Assembly (NCBI GenBank): GCA_003707115.1
Contig: PPNB01000035.1
Location: 1 to 61,042, forward strand
Origin: Tortispora ganteri
Lineage: Eukaryota
DNA: 61,042 nucleotides
Direction of reading: 5' to 3'
The notes beneath the pieces were generated by a model. The model ran no database searches. It was given only the letters and a program-made list of their open reading frames with translations, and had not been told where the DNA came from. The position numbers and the translations under genes were made by a program. Positions 10,329 through 20,298 of the stretch are shown piece by piece. Within the stretch, counting starts at the first letter, position 1; every line of letters starts with the position of its first letter.

Positions 10329-12056
10329 ATGACACGGAATACATCAGATCTTACGGGTTATGCCTCTCGCAAGAGAAGCTACGGCAGCATTAAAACGCAC
10401 AAAGTAAGAAGAGCTTCGTCAATAGCTCAATGTAGGAACATGAGAAGATTGTCAAATAGCGTTTCAGCTAAACATATCTTCTTTGGCATTCTATTCCTGT
10501 CTTTCTTCACATCCCTTGATATGCAAGTATCGGCATTGTTATTGCCATATGCGACAAGTTCTTTCTCTATGCACTCGATGATAGCTATGATACAAGTAAT
10601 ACAGTCGATCGTTAATGCAGTCATTAAAGCACCTATTGCGAAATTTGCAAGCGGTATAGGACTCTACCATGCTTTCCTTGTATGTATAGCGCTATATTCC
10701 GCAGGCCACCTACTTGTAGGATTCGCTAATAACCGCTATCTTTTTTGCCTATCTCAGATACTATACGCTTTTGGAAATACCGGACTAGCGGTTCTTATTC
10801 AGTTACTAGTTGTTGACGCCACCAAGATTTTGCATCGTGCTAAGTTCGCCGCTTTACCCTACGTGCCATTCCTCGTAACGGTGTTTGTGGGACCATGGCT
10901 CGCAGATCTGATTGTTCGCTACAGTAATTGGCGGCTTGGTTATATTCTTTTTGCTATATTTATACCTCTCTCTGCTATTCCTCTAGTTGTCGACACATAC
11001 CGACGGTTCAAGTCGCAAGAAACTGAAAGGGTGCTTCCAGATATTCCCTCGATGCCGGAACCTCCGCTAAGTCAACGGATACGTAATATAATGACGAACT
11101 TTGACATTGTCGGTTGCCTGCTGTTTACGGCTTCTTTGTCCCTATTGCTGTTGCCGGTATCCTTGCCTCCCTCTGCTGAAATGTCTGTATGGAAGCAGCC
11201 GTCAATACTGGCCAGTGTAGGCGCTGGCTTGGTATTTGGCGTACTGCTGCTTTTCTGGGAAAGTAACTCGCGACTAGCGCCGCATCCTTTATTTCACCTT
11301 TCTATTTTGAAGAACTCTAGTCTATTAATTGGCTCTATTATAGGATTCTGTGGCAGTGCGTCATACGCGTTGTACCAGCCGTACCTATTTAGTTACGTCA
11401 AAGTGACACAGTTTGCTTCAACAGAGTATTCAGGCCGAGTTTGTGCACTGTTTTCTTTCTTTTCGACAATATTTGGACTATTGGTTTCGCTAGGTATTCA
11501 ATACACGGGGTCTTACAAGCGATTCATTGTGGCGTTTTCGCCGGTAGCAATAATTGCCACACTTATTATGTTGTTCAGTACTCTACATACGAATGTGTTC
11601 TACTGCATGATCATCGGATTATCGCTAATTGGCTGCTCTGTTGGCGCGCTAAATGTTGCAGTACTGATTGGAATGCAAGCTATTGCTGACTCAGAACACG
11701 TGGGTGCTGTTACGGCTCTGTTTCTGACGACATTTGCTGTAGGCCAAGCGATCGGATCATCGATCTCTGGAGCGCTATGGTCGGAACAGCTATGGAAGCA
11801 TTTGGTGGCGAATCTGCCGGAATTAGACCATGAGACAATCAAAAAGATCTATAGTGACATCAATTATGCTGCTGCCACAACAGGAATGGTGCGTGAACAA
11901 GTGAACCTCGCGTTTAACTACGTAATGGGTATCTCGCTAATATTTGCGCTTGTTGCGTTGCTGCCAATGCTTTTTGGTGTTTTTATCAAATCAGTGAGTC
12001 TCGAAGAGAATCACGAACAAGAAAATGAACAAGAAAGCGAACAAGAAAACGAATGA
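10329..12056 (+). CDS. MFS siderophore-iron transporter (ARN/SIT/MirB family)
   Basis: About 14 hydrophobic segments; YATSSFSMHSM, PIAKF, WRLGY, AVGQAIGSSISGALW and IYSD motifs typical of the ARN family. Start codon uncertain. Confidence 0.85.
   Translation: MTRNTSDLTGYASRKRSYGSIKTHKVRRASSIAQCRNMRRLSNSVSAKHIFFGILFLSFFTSLDMQVSALLLPYATSSFSMHSMIAMIQVIQSIVNAVIKAPIAKFASGIGLYHAFLVCIALYSAGHLLVGFANNRYLFCLSQILYAFGNTGLAVLIQLLVVDATKILHRAKFAALPYVPFLVTVFVGPWLADLIVRYSNWRLGYILFAIFIPLSAIPLVVDTYRRFKSQETERVLPDIPSMPEPPLSQRIRNIMTNFDIVGCLLFTASLSLLLLPVSLPPSAEMSVWKQPSILASVGAGLVFGVLLLFWESNSRLAPHPLFHLSILKNSSLLIGSIIGFCGSASYALYQPYLFSYVKVTQFASTEYSGRVCALFSFFSTIFGLLVSLGIQYTGSYKRFIVAFSPVAIIATLIMLFSTLHTNVFYCMIIGLSLIGCSVGALNVAVLIGMQAIADSEHVGAVTALFLTTFAVGQAIGSSISGALWSEQLWKHLVANLPELDHETIKKIYSDINYAAATTGMVREQVNLAFNYVMGISLIFALVALLPMLFGVFIKSVSLEENHEQENEQESEQENE
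12015..12053 (+). repeat. 12-bp coding repeat GAACAAGAAAxx x3 (EQEN/EQES) at the transporter C-terminus
   Basis: gaacaagaaaat gaacaagaaagc gaacaagaaaac gaa. Confidence 0.8.
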
Positions 12057-12160
12057 CTTTTTTCTAATGAATAATGATATAATTGACGATAAAATACTGA
12101 AAATCTATATTAGTGGGAGTTTCTCAATTTGGATGTTGTTTACTTTCTACTTACTCCATA

Positions 12161-13591
12161 ATGTGTCAATACACTACATTTGCAAACATAATTGATTCAT
12201 TTATTAAATCTCCTAATATTGATGCAGTTAATTTGTGTCTTTTAGACTGTAAACGTGAAGGTGTTGATGTAGCAGGGTACTTGCACCAATGGTACCTTAC
12301 TCATGGGATCAGATTAAATGAACGACTTTGTGAAGCAATATTTACACAAATAGACCAAAAATCAGCAGCTAACGTTCTCAGTATGTTAATGTCTGTAAAA
12401 CAATTTGTTCAATTGTTTCATACTATTGGAGGATTACAGAAAATGTTTGATTTGTCTACATCTAATGGTAAACTATTCAAAAGGTACAGAACTGCTTGCG
12501 TGAATGCTCTAAAACACGATGATCTCACAATTGCTAATGTCGATAAATTTGTCTTACAATATATGAAATATACCTTTCGATTACGTACATCTGAAACATT
12601 GGACGATCTGGTAGCGCTGGTCAGATCACGTAACCTGTCATCAAATGCTACCTTTCTGCTTAAGGAATATCTGAACGACCACAGACACCTCGAATGGGAC
12701 GCGCTGCCTATAACTGAGACAATCGCACATCAAGCGTTGGCATTATGCATGGAACTAGACAATTTCGTCGTTTGTTCAGACCAAAGCATCGCTCGCACAG
12801 TCACTATCACTACAGAACTATTAATACGGAGCTGCGACAGAAGAAAACCGCAATATATTAATTCATTAGTATCAACTATTGAAAACGGTCTTTTAGTTAC
12901 AGAACGTTGTAACATTGATGTGCTGCAAAAATTTTTCAAACTTGAAAAGCACAGAACGGATATCGCCAAACTGACGCGCAAAATCTTTATACCGTCAGTA
13001 AGTCCACGAATTCTGATACTGACATTGCAATTCATAAAAATATTGCTTAACAGAGGCCTCCAAATACCAAATTTAGCCAACCTCGCCAGAGATCTGCTTC
13101 TAATGGAAATAACAACAAAACCTTCCATATATACTATTGAGCTGCCCGAGCTACAATGGTACATAATTAGAGCATCCAATGCTAACCACTTATCTTTCTC
13201 TCTCACAATAAGAGAAGTCACACGCATCATTCATAGTTTATGCTATGACACAGCTACCTATTCAGACATTGCTAACAGTATTCAGTGCTTTTATGACGCC
13301 CAACTGCTAACGCAGCTATACACACATGGACACAAGTTTCAAGGACTAACAGTCGAGCTGAACGGAACTTTGTATGACCACACAAAAGAGTTCGCACAAA
13401 TTTCAACCCTTTCTAGTGAGATGAGATCAAGGGCCGCTCTAGAGGTAGTGATAGCAATGATGGCGCTGCCTATTAAATGTCTTATAAAGCAGAATAATGG
13501 TCAGAATTCGTGGTCCGCAATTTTGGCATTAGAGTCTATCAAAAAGATCGCTAGCCGCAGTCCACTTAGTGTGCTTGAAAACGTGCCGTAA
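12161..13591 (+). CDS. Hypothetical protein (about 476 aa, leucine-rich, probably helical)
   Basis: Long uninterrupted ORF filling the gap between two genes; no motif recognised; first ATG at 12161. Confidence 0.7.
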   Translation: MCQYTTFANIIDSFIKSPNIDAVNLCLLDCKREGVDVAGYLHQWYLTHGIRLNERLCEAIFTQIDQKSAANVLSMLMSVKQFVQLFHTIGGLQKMFDLSTSNGKLFKRYRTACVNALKHDDLTIANVDKFVLQYMKYTFRLRTSETLDDLVALVRSRNLSSNATFLLKEYLNDHRHLEWDALPITETIAHQALALCMELDNFVVCSDQSIARTVTITTELLIRSCDRRKPQYINSLVSTIENGLLVTERCNIDVLQKFFKLEKHRTDIAKLTRKIFIPSVSPRILILTLQFIKILLNRGLQIPNLANLARDLLLMEITTKPSIYTIELPELQWYIIRASNANHLSFSLTIREVTRIIHSLCYDTATYSDIANSIQCFYDAQLLTQLYTHGHKFQGLTVELNGTLYDHTKEFAQISTLSSEMRSRAALEVVIAMMALPIKCLIKQNNGQNSWSAILALESIKKIASRSPLSVLENVP

Positions 13592-13666
13592 GAACCTTTT
13601 GTGGGTTCTATGGAATTTAGTTTCTTAATAACACCCTTGAAAGAAATCGATCGCTCAGCGTAACGA

Positions 13667-14974
13667 TTATGAACTGCTTTCAGTGAAATAATAACAGTCT
13701 TTAAAGTATACAACCGCAAATATTAGGAACGTAAATCCACCGCCTAATGTTACGGTTCTAAGAGATATTTTAGTAGCAAGCAATTTACCCCCAATGACGG
13801 CTAATCCAGTGCAGATTGCATGTCCAACTATACCGCCGTATACTACCTGATGAAAGTCTCGTCCTGCAGCCATAGCAATTGTAGCGATCTGAGAACGGTC
13901 ACCCCATTCGGCGAGAAAGGTCATGACAAATGTCTGGACCCATGCGGCACTGAATACAAGGTAGGCTAAATTTGTGAAACCCTCAAATACTCGTTGAGCA
14001 GTTGAGTTCTTAAAGTTTGTTATAGAGGAGCGACGAGGACGGTAGGCGGTAGATGCAGGTTCAGAAGTGGCACTATTTTCCGGTTTATATTGATCAGCTC
14101 TGCCTTCTTCCGCTGCAAGCTGGTCGTTTTCTATTTCGAGGTTTTCAAGTTCACTCTCGACTTCATGGAGCTCCTCATCAATACCATTTTCAGGACCCAT
14201 TTCGAAGCCTTCACGAATCATTTTGACGCCAAAAACGACAAACAGAATGCCGGCGGCTAGCATAGTATACTTTCGTGACAGCAGTGTGGGGACGGTACGG
14301 CCAACAACGGCAGAAAGAACAGTCATGAATGCGAGGGCGGCAATTGCACCACCAAAGACTGTGCCGCGAGAATGTCGCATTGCCATTAAGGCAGCGACGA
14401 GGAAAGTTTTATCGCCGATTTCTGAAGTGACGATCATGGCGGTAGCCATGATGAATGGGGCTATTGATTCCGGAATGAATTCTTGCGAAAAAGCGGATGA
14501 CTCTACATTTTCTGTGGCGTCTGATTCAGAGAGGTCATCAACGAGAAAATTGGATTTCTTTTTAGGATTTGGAACCGTTTCCTTAGTAGACTTATCGAAG
14601 AAAGGTGTGTCATTGTTCATAGATTCGTCATATTTTTGAGCTTTCTTTATTTCATCTTGAAGCAGTTTACTTGTTCTAGACTCTTCTTTAAGGGCAGCTA
14701 TACCTTTCGGGTCATTTTTCGCACCTGGGCTAAGCATCTGATCGATCTCACTACCTTGCGATTCAGGTACTTTGTTCTTCCAGGAGCTGTCTGCGCTCTG
14801 CTTTAGGCCATCACCATTGTCGAGTGGGAATGGTGCGTTCGGATCAGGAGTGTCATTGACATTATTTACCGCAACAGGCGCAGTATCTGCGGCGAACTGA
14901 TCAATTTGTGGTGTTGTAGCTGGTATCGATCCGGCGAGCGCCAGTCCAATAAGATTCGCGTAGATAAGTTTCAT
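13667..14974 (-). CDS. GDT1: Golgi Ca2+/Mn2+/H+ antiporter (UPF0016/TMEM165)
   Basis: Signature motifs SEIGDKTF and AEWGDRSQ; N-terminal signal peptide. Confidence 0.95.
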   Translation of the reverse strand: MKLIYANLIGLALAGSIPATTPQIDQFAADTAPVAVNNVNDTPDPNAPFPLDNGDGLKQSADSSWKNKVPESQGSEIDQMLSPGAKNDPKGIAALKEESRTSKLLQDEIKKAQKYDESMNNDTPFFDKSTKETVPNPKKKSNFLVDDLSESDATENVESSAFSQEFIPESIAPFIMATAMIVTSEIGDKTFLVAALMAMRHSRGTVFGGAIAALAFMTVLSAVVGRTVPTLLSRKYTMLAAGILFVVFGVKMIREGFEMGPENGIDEELHEVESELENLEIENDQLAAEEGRADQYKPENSATSEPASTAYRPRRSSITNFKNSTAQRVFEGFTNLAYLVFSAAWVQTFVMTFLAEWGDRSQIATIAMAAGRDFHQVVYGGIVGHAICTGLAVIGGKLLATKISLRTVTLGGGFTFLIFAVVYFKDCYYFTESSS

Positions 14975-15489
14975 GGCAGGCGGTGCAAGGGTAGCAATGT
15001 GCAGTGCAAATTGCTGTTGGAAGTGATATTAGAGTCCGATCCGGTTGAAGAATAGAAATATAAATACGCGCTAAAGCTTCAAAGGCAACGCGGGATGTAA
15101 AGCAGTTCAAATGATAAAGAAACAGGCAATTGAAGAGATATACAGACAGTAAGTGTAAAGGCTTTTTTTTTACTTTGCCGCTCTTGCGCGTTGCATTAAG
15201 GAGTAAAACTTTATATTTATTTAATAGATCTTGATTGGTTAACTGACTAATTAGTACAGCGAACACAGGAACAACTGCGTAAACATAATTATAAATATAA
15301 TCATGAAGTACGATCTTATGAAAATGGCCAGATAAAAATGTAATTTTTTACTGATTTATTGCTTTTAACTCATTATTCCAAGCTGTAAATGTAGAAAACT
15401 TAAATTGAGCGCAACCTGCATCATGCATTAACGATGCCTTCGAAAATGGGTGAAGTAAGGATCCTTTTCGACTGATTTGCCCTTCCGAC

Positions 15490-16431
15490 ATGAAATTCTG
15501 TGAGGTAAGAGAAAGTAATACAGGCGGTAGAGGTGTATTTGCCACTCAATATATACCACGTGGCACTGTAATTCATAAGGAGCAAGTACCATATGCAAGT
15601 ATAATCTTTAAACCGTTCCGTAATGAGACCTGTGCATACTGCTTTAAATGGAATTCATACCGCAATATGCCACTTTGTGCTGTAGTTCCTGGCATCAGAT
15701 TCTGCTCGACAAAGTGTATAGAGGCATGGTACTTAGAATATAACTACCACGGCTACTTGACATCCGCTATTGACGCTATAACACAGTACTATAATACGCA
15801 CAAGAACGTACGCGGCGAGACAGCTGCCGCACATCTATGGGACGCTCTGGAGGCCGATCAGGGACCCTCATTAGACCTCGATGAAACCGCATGCAATATC
15901 GCCATATATGCAGCTTCTGTATTAGCCAGAGAATGTGTTCCTACAGAAGATGCATATCGTCAAGTGGCACAGACTTGTAAGCTACAGAGCTCACTAACGG
16001 AGCTTTTGCAAACGATCCCTGAAATCCTTCAGACCTATCAAGCGGCATTTCAAATCCTTGTACGTACTATAAAAAAACAGCCGGAATTTAAAGATAAAGT
16101 CACTAAGGAGAAAGTCTGCTATTATTTCGGTATAGAGGCCGTCAACGCTTTTGGTATATGGGAACAGCCGCTATTCTCAGATAGCGAGTGTCTTGGGTCT
16201 GCCGTGTACCCGGAAGCCTCTTTTTTCAACCATTCATGTGAACCAAATTGTGAAAAATCATTCATTGGACCGGCGCTAATTATTACTACTGCGCGAGATA
16301 TTTCTCAGGATTCAGAACTTTTCATCTCTTATGGATCCCACAAACTTCCAGAGAATCGCGACGAACGTATCGAATATTTGCAACAGCGTTGGTTCTTTAC
16401 GTGCCATTGCCCCAAATGCGCATCTACGTGA
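15490..16431 (+). CDS. SET6: SET/MYND-type (SMYD) lysine methyltransferase, Set6-like
   Basis: GGRGVFATQYIPRG, CAYCF...FCSTKC, NAFGIWE, ASFFNHSCEPN, ELFISY, WFFTCHCPKC. Confidence 0.8.
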   Translation: MKFCEVRESNTGGRGVFATQYIPRGTVIHKEQVPYASIIFKPFRNETCAYCFKWNSYRNMPLCAVVPGIRFCSTKCIEAWYLEYNYHGYLTSAIDAITQYYNTHKNVRGETAAAHLWDALEADQGPSLDLDETACNIAIYAASVLARECVPTEDAYRQVAQTCKLQSSLTELLQTIPEILQTYQAAFQILVRTIKKQPEFKDKVTKEKVCYYFGIEAVNAFGIWEQPLFSDSECLGSAVYPEASFFNHSCEPNCEKSFIGPALIITTARDISQDSELFISYGSHKLPENRDERIEYLQQRWFFTCHCPKCAST

Positions 16432-16586
16432 TACACAATCTTAATCAAAATATATTATGAATTGATGTGATGAATGTGGTAATAAAGGTATATTACTAAA
16501 CATTTCTACTAATCGCTCTATATCTCTCTACCTCAGCCGCATGAACAATCACCCAACCGTGCAACCTTCACTTTATCATCCGACAA

Positions 16587-17291
16587 ATGGGCCTCGAAGA
16601 CCAGTTCACGGTGTACATTCGTGTACCTGGCCGTAGGGGCGACTTTGTCGATCCGCAGCCTGTTGACTGGGATGACACAAAACAAGCAAAATTATGGAGC
16701 ATTTTATCGGGAACGGACGGTTCCACTACTTCACTCGACTGGGCAAGTCTAGCCCGATCACTCAACGTCCCACTCGATTTCTTACTCCAACAGTCTTCAT
16801 GGCTCTATCAGAGACAATTACGAAAAGTTCAAGAACAGATGCGCCAACTACATATGTCTTCGCGTACATCCGACTCCCCACGACCGGAACCGCAGTCCTC
16901 ACAGGCTGGCCCTGTCTCTCACCTTTCGCCACCTGATCTTGACACAACATCCCACACCAGCTTGCACAATTCGCCAGATCGTTTCTCAGCGAGCCCAAAA
17001 TCTCATAACCTGGACGTACCTGCACCTTCATCACAATCGCCTGCAGCTACCTCCGTTCAGAGCAACTCACGAGATGACTATGACGACGACGAAATCGCGT
17101 TCTTGCCCTTAGAGAAAACCGCTAGCTCGCCACCCACAGTTGCTGCCAGCGGTGAGTCCTCGTTCAGTGACATCTCTGAAACAAGCGTCTCACAGGTCGC
17201 GTTAGAGGAGGCGTACCTCAGCGATGTTCGCAGAGGCATATCGAGTAAAATGTCAAACGTGTCAGCAATACTGAAAAGTCGATATTTTTAA
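16587..17291 (+). CDS. ATG29: Autophagy protein Atg29
   Basis: FTVYIRVPGRRGDFVDPQPVDWD...LWSIL...LDWASLARSLNVPLDFLLQQSSWLYQRQL; C-terminal SFSDISETSVSQVALEEA. Confidence 0.9.
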   Translation: MGLEDQFTVYIRVPGRRGDFVDPQPVDWDDTKQAKLWSILSGTDGSTTSLDWASLARSLNVPLDFLLQQSSWLYQRQLRKVQEQMRQLHMSSRTSDSPRPEPQSSQAGPVSHLSPPDLDTTSHTSLHNSPDRFSASPKSHNLDVPAPSSQSPAATSVQSNSRDDYDDDEIAFLPLEKTASSPPTVAASGESSFSDISETSVSQVALEEAYLSDVRRGISSKMSNVSAILKSRYF

Positions 17292-17334
17292 ATCATTCCA
17301 AGAAATCTAGCTATTGTTAATTCTAGTACAGTTG

Positions 17335-19764
17335 TCACCGCATTGCTTGCAGTTGTTTTCTCTTTTTGTTCATGCTCCCCGCTAACGAGAACCGTCTATT
17401 AGTTGATCCATTTTGTGATTTGTCGTTCTCTTCCAACGATCTCTGGATCGAACGTTTCAGCCCGAGCGCATCGTCGCTGTACCAATCGGGAGTCGTATTC
17501 GTCTTAACCATCGGCTTCCGCGCTCCATTCTCATTTTGCTGGTCCTGATCGAGCATTTTCTCCTTAAATGCCTGAGAGGCAAATAACGTGCTTCTCTTAT
17601 TCTTCCTATGAGTGGGGCTTACACTGGGGGAAGAGCCTTTAAAACCATCACTTGTATCTGACTTCACCTTGTATTTTGGACTTGATACCTCTTTGCTGTA
17701 CGAGCTCTCTTTTTGCGACTCGAAACCCAGCGCTTTGGCATGGTTCTCATCTGACGAAGGCACTGCTGCCTCAGATCTCTTCTCTTCAATAGTTGCTTTG
17801 GCAGCTACTTCAGTGACTGCTTCACTAGGCGTTTTAGTGGGCGTCTTAGTAGGCGTTTTAGTAGGCGTCTTAGTAGGCGTCTTAACAGGCACCTCGATAG
17901 GTACTTCCCTAAGCGCATTAGTACCTGGAGTACTAATGCTAGTTCGTGATGGAGCATGAGAGTTAGATCCAAATAAAGGTCCAACCGTATCACCTCTTCG
18001 GGAATTACTCTCGATAGCATTTCTCGTCATTTCTTGTGCCTCAGGGGTACTCGCAGTCTCTCTTGGCGTGGTTTTGTTACCATTCTCGGGCCATGATGTG
18101 TATGTAACTTGATACTCCATGCGTGTATTAACATGTGGTGTAGACGCGATCTGTTCTCGTCCTGTATCCAAATCCGAGACGGTAGATTGCGTAGAATTTA
18201 CTGTGTCGTGTACATGCATAGAATTTCCTAGTTGTAGACCTTTTGGCTGAGGAATGCCGCCAGACAATCCTGCTGCTTGCTGCAATGCAAATTTTCCAAC
18301 TGCTGGACCCACTGAGTCGGTTTCCTCAGGGGTACGTACCGTTCGCCGAAAATAAGAATAAGCGAGAGGCGCTGATATGTTATCATTGTTATCGTACTGC
18401 GAGTAGGATATATTCTCCTTAGCAGTTGTCGGTTGTGTAAGATGATGCTCTGTCAGGAATGCTTCCGGTGGGGCCGCCTGAGTAGATACAATCGAAGATA
18501 TTGCTGCTTGTGGTCTGGAGTTATTGATAGATGAAAAATTGTCCTTGTAAGGGTATGAGTGAGCTGAAACTGGAGGACATAGCTTGTCTATGTTCGGAGT
18601 GGAAGTATTAGAAGTATGTGCACGTTGTTCCTCTGGTAGGTGGATTGCGCTAGCGGGTGCATTTGTATGCGCGGTAGGCGTTAAGTTCAGCGGTGCAGTA
18701 TCAGATGTACCCAAATCAATCTGGGTTGCGTCGAATTTTTTGGCTCTCAGTGTGCCTGGAGATGAAAGAGCGTTGAGCGGATAATGTGCAGCTTGTCTTA
18801 TAGCGGTTCTCGAAAAGAATGGTGAAGGCGGGTCAGCGAGTGACTGGTCAGCCAGCACTGTTTTAAGCCAAGAAGATTTATCACGTGTAGATATGTGAGG
18901 GTTAGTACGTGAAGCTGAAGGCGACTGGTGTTGCGGATGAGTAGGCGAACGGCGGGCTGAGTGTTGTTGAATTGAGCGTGAAGCGAATTGTCGCGGGGTA
19001 GAAAACCGCGTAGTATCACCAGAAATAAAAGAGCTACGGGGTGTTTCTGTATCTGTAGAGACATAGTTTCTTTCTGTAGGGAAACTAGATTGAAACGCAA
19101 GTGATTCTGCGACGTCAGTATTATCGTACGTAGTGGAGACAAATGTCATAATTGTTTTATGGACGTCGATGTCGCTAAACTCTGTCTGAGGGTTCATGAT
19201 AATACGTTCGAGGTACGCAATTCCATCATTAATTTTTGCGAGAAAAGGTGTGATGTAATCAATCAGGGCATTCTTATCGACTGCAGCCTGGTCTGCAGTG
19301 CTGAGGTAGAGGAACTTCTGGGCGATCTTTATCATGAATGACGCAAGTTCAGAGTCCACAGACAAATGTACAACACCAAACTTGTAGGGGAATGAGTCAA
19401 ACAGGTTTGACCAAAACTCTGGGTCGTTCGTGAGAGGAATAGCAAGGAAGTTGTGGATAAGCAGCGCGAGGTTTACGCGATAGATAATATAAGTGTGTGA
19501 AGGCACTTTAAGCAGATTATACCAAAATTTCGGGTCGATAAACTCACAAACATTTGACCTTAGCCTGTTTATAAGCGCCAAAGTGTTTGTAGGCAGCGGT
19601 TGGACTTTTGCGACCTTGACGGTAGTGCAGAGGTAGCGATCGAGCTGCTTGTCAAGCTGATGCCAGAATTCGGCACTAAATGCGAAATCTACGCTAGACG
19701 CAATAACATAAGTGGTATGTCTATCCTGATGTACAACCGAGAGTCCAAGGAAATCGTCTGTCAT
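17335..19764 (-). CDS. Hypothetical protein (809 aa): folded N-terminal ~220 aa, long S/T/P-rich disordered tail, basic C-terminus
   Basis: Long ORF with many S/T-P sites and a KKRK NLS-like end; see findings. Confidence 0.75.
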   Translation of the reverse strand: MTDDFLGLSVVHQDRHTTYVIASSVDFAFSAEFWHQLDKQLDRYLCTTVKVAKVQPLPTNTLALINRLRSNVCEFIDPKFWYNLLKVPSHTYIIYRVNLALLIHNFLAIPLTNDPEFWSNLFDSFPYKFGVVHLSVDSELASFMIKIAQKFLYLSTADQAAVDKNALIDYITPFLAKINDGIAYLERIIMNPQTEFSDIDVHKTIMTFVSTTYDNTDVAESLAFQSSFPTERNYVSTDTETPRSSFISGDTTRFSTPRQFASRSIQQHSARRSPTHPQHQSPSASRTNPHISTRDKSSWLKTVLADQSLADPPSPFFSRTAIRQAAHYPLNALSSPGTLRAKKFDATQIDLGTSDTAPLNLTPTAHTNAPASAIHLPEEQRAHTSNTSTPNIDKLCPPVSAHSYPYKDNFSSINNSRPQAAISSIVSTQAAPPEAFLTEHHLTQPTTAKENISYSQYDNNDNISAPLAYSYFRRTVRTPEETDSVGPAVGKFALQQAAGLSGGIPQPKGLQLGNSMHVHDTVNSTQSTVSDLDTGREQIASTPHVNTRMEYQVTYTSWPENGNKTTPRETASTPEAQEMTRNAIESNSRRGDTVGPLFGSNSHAPSRTSISTPGTNALREVPIEVPVKTPTKTPTKTPTKTPTKTPSEAVTEVAAKATIEEKRSEAAVPSSDENHAKALGFESQKESSYSKEVSSPKYKVKSDTSDGFKGSSPSVSPTHRKNKRSTLFASQAFKEKMLDQDQQNENGARKPMVKTNTTPDWYSDDALGLKRSIQRSLEENDKSQNGSTNRRFSLAGSMNKKRKQLQAMR
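17827..17883 (-). repeat. 12-bp coding minisatellite encoding (KTPT)x4-KTPS
   Basis: AAG ACG CCT ACT and variants, tandemly repeated on the minus strand. Confidence 0.9.
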
Positions 19765-20097
19765 ACAGTGCTATGGCGAAAACGCGTAAATGTGTTGATC
19801 CTTGTTGACAGATGTTAGTCAATTCTTGCAGGAATGAAATAAGGTTTGACTTGGATAGTGATATGAGTAGTTTATTGACCTTATGTACTTTCCAGTAGCA
19901 TTACAGAAGTATAAGAATGTAACTGAACTAACGATTTCCTTTTATTGGCTGACTAGCTAGTTGGCCAAAAACTTTAGTGGTCTGGTGGCATTAGATTCAG
20001 TCAACACTGCGCTATTGCGAACAGTTCAAAGATAGCGCCAAGTAGATGCACGTGACCAACCAAAAAAAGATGCGGAATTGACAATAAAACTATGATT

Positions 20098-20127
20098 TTA
20101 CCGCAAGCTAAATTACCGCAAGCTAAA
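20098..20127. repeat. Perfect 15-bp tandem duplication TTACCGCAAGCTAAA in a divergent promoter
   Basis: ttaccgcaagctaaa ttaccgcaagctaaa. Confidence 0.9.
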
Positions 20128-20298
20128 TCGCTCTTTATACGAAAGATTCCGGTTCGGCTTAAATTTCCCCACACTCTGGCGTGCTCATACACGCGATGGG
20201 TTGGGGGGTCACGCCAGCGAAGGGTGGGGTTAGGTGGGGTAAATACCTTCACATATCAATAATTGCAATCTGTAAAAAACCTGCAACGTATTATTGTT

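Noticed and set aside
15300..15475. Possible C/D snoRNA (ATGAAG...CTGA) upstream of SET6
   Set aside because: The C box is imperfect and I saw no terminal stem or rRNA guide.
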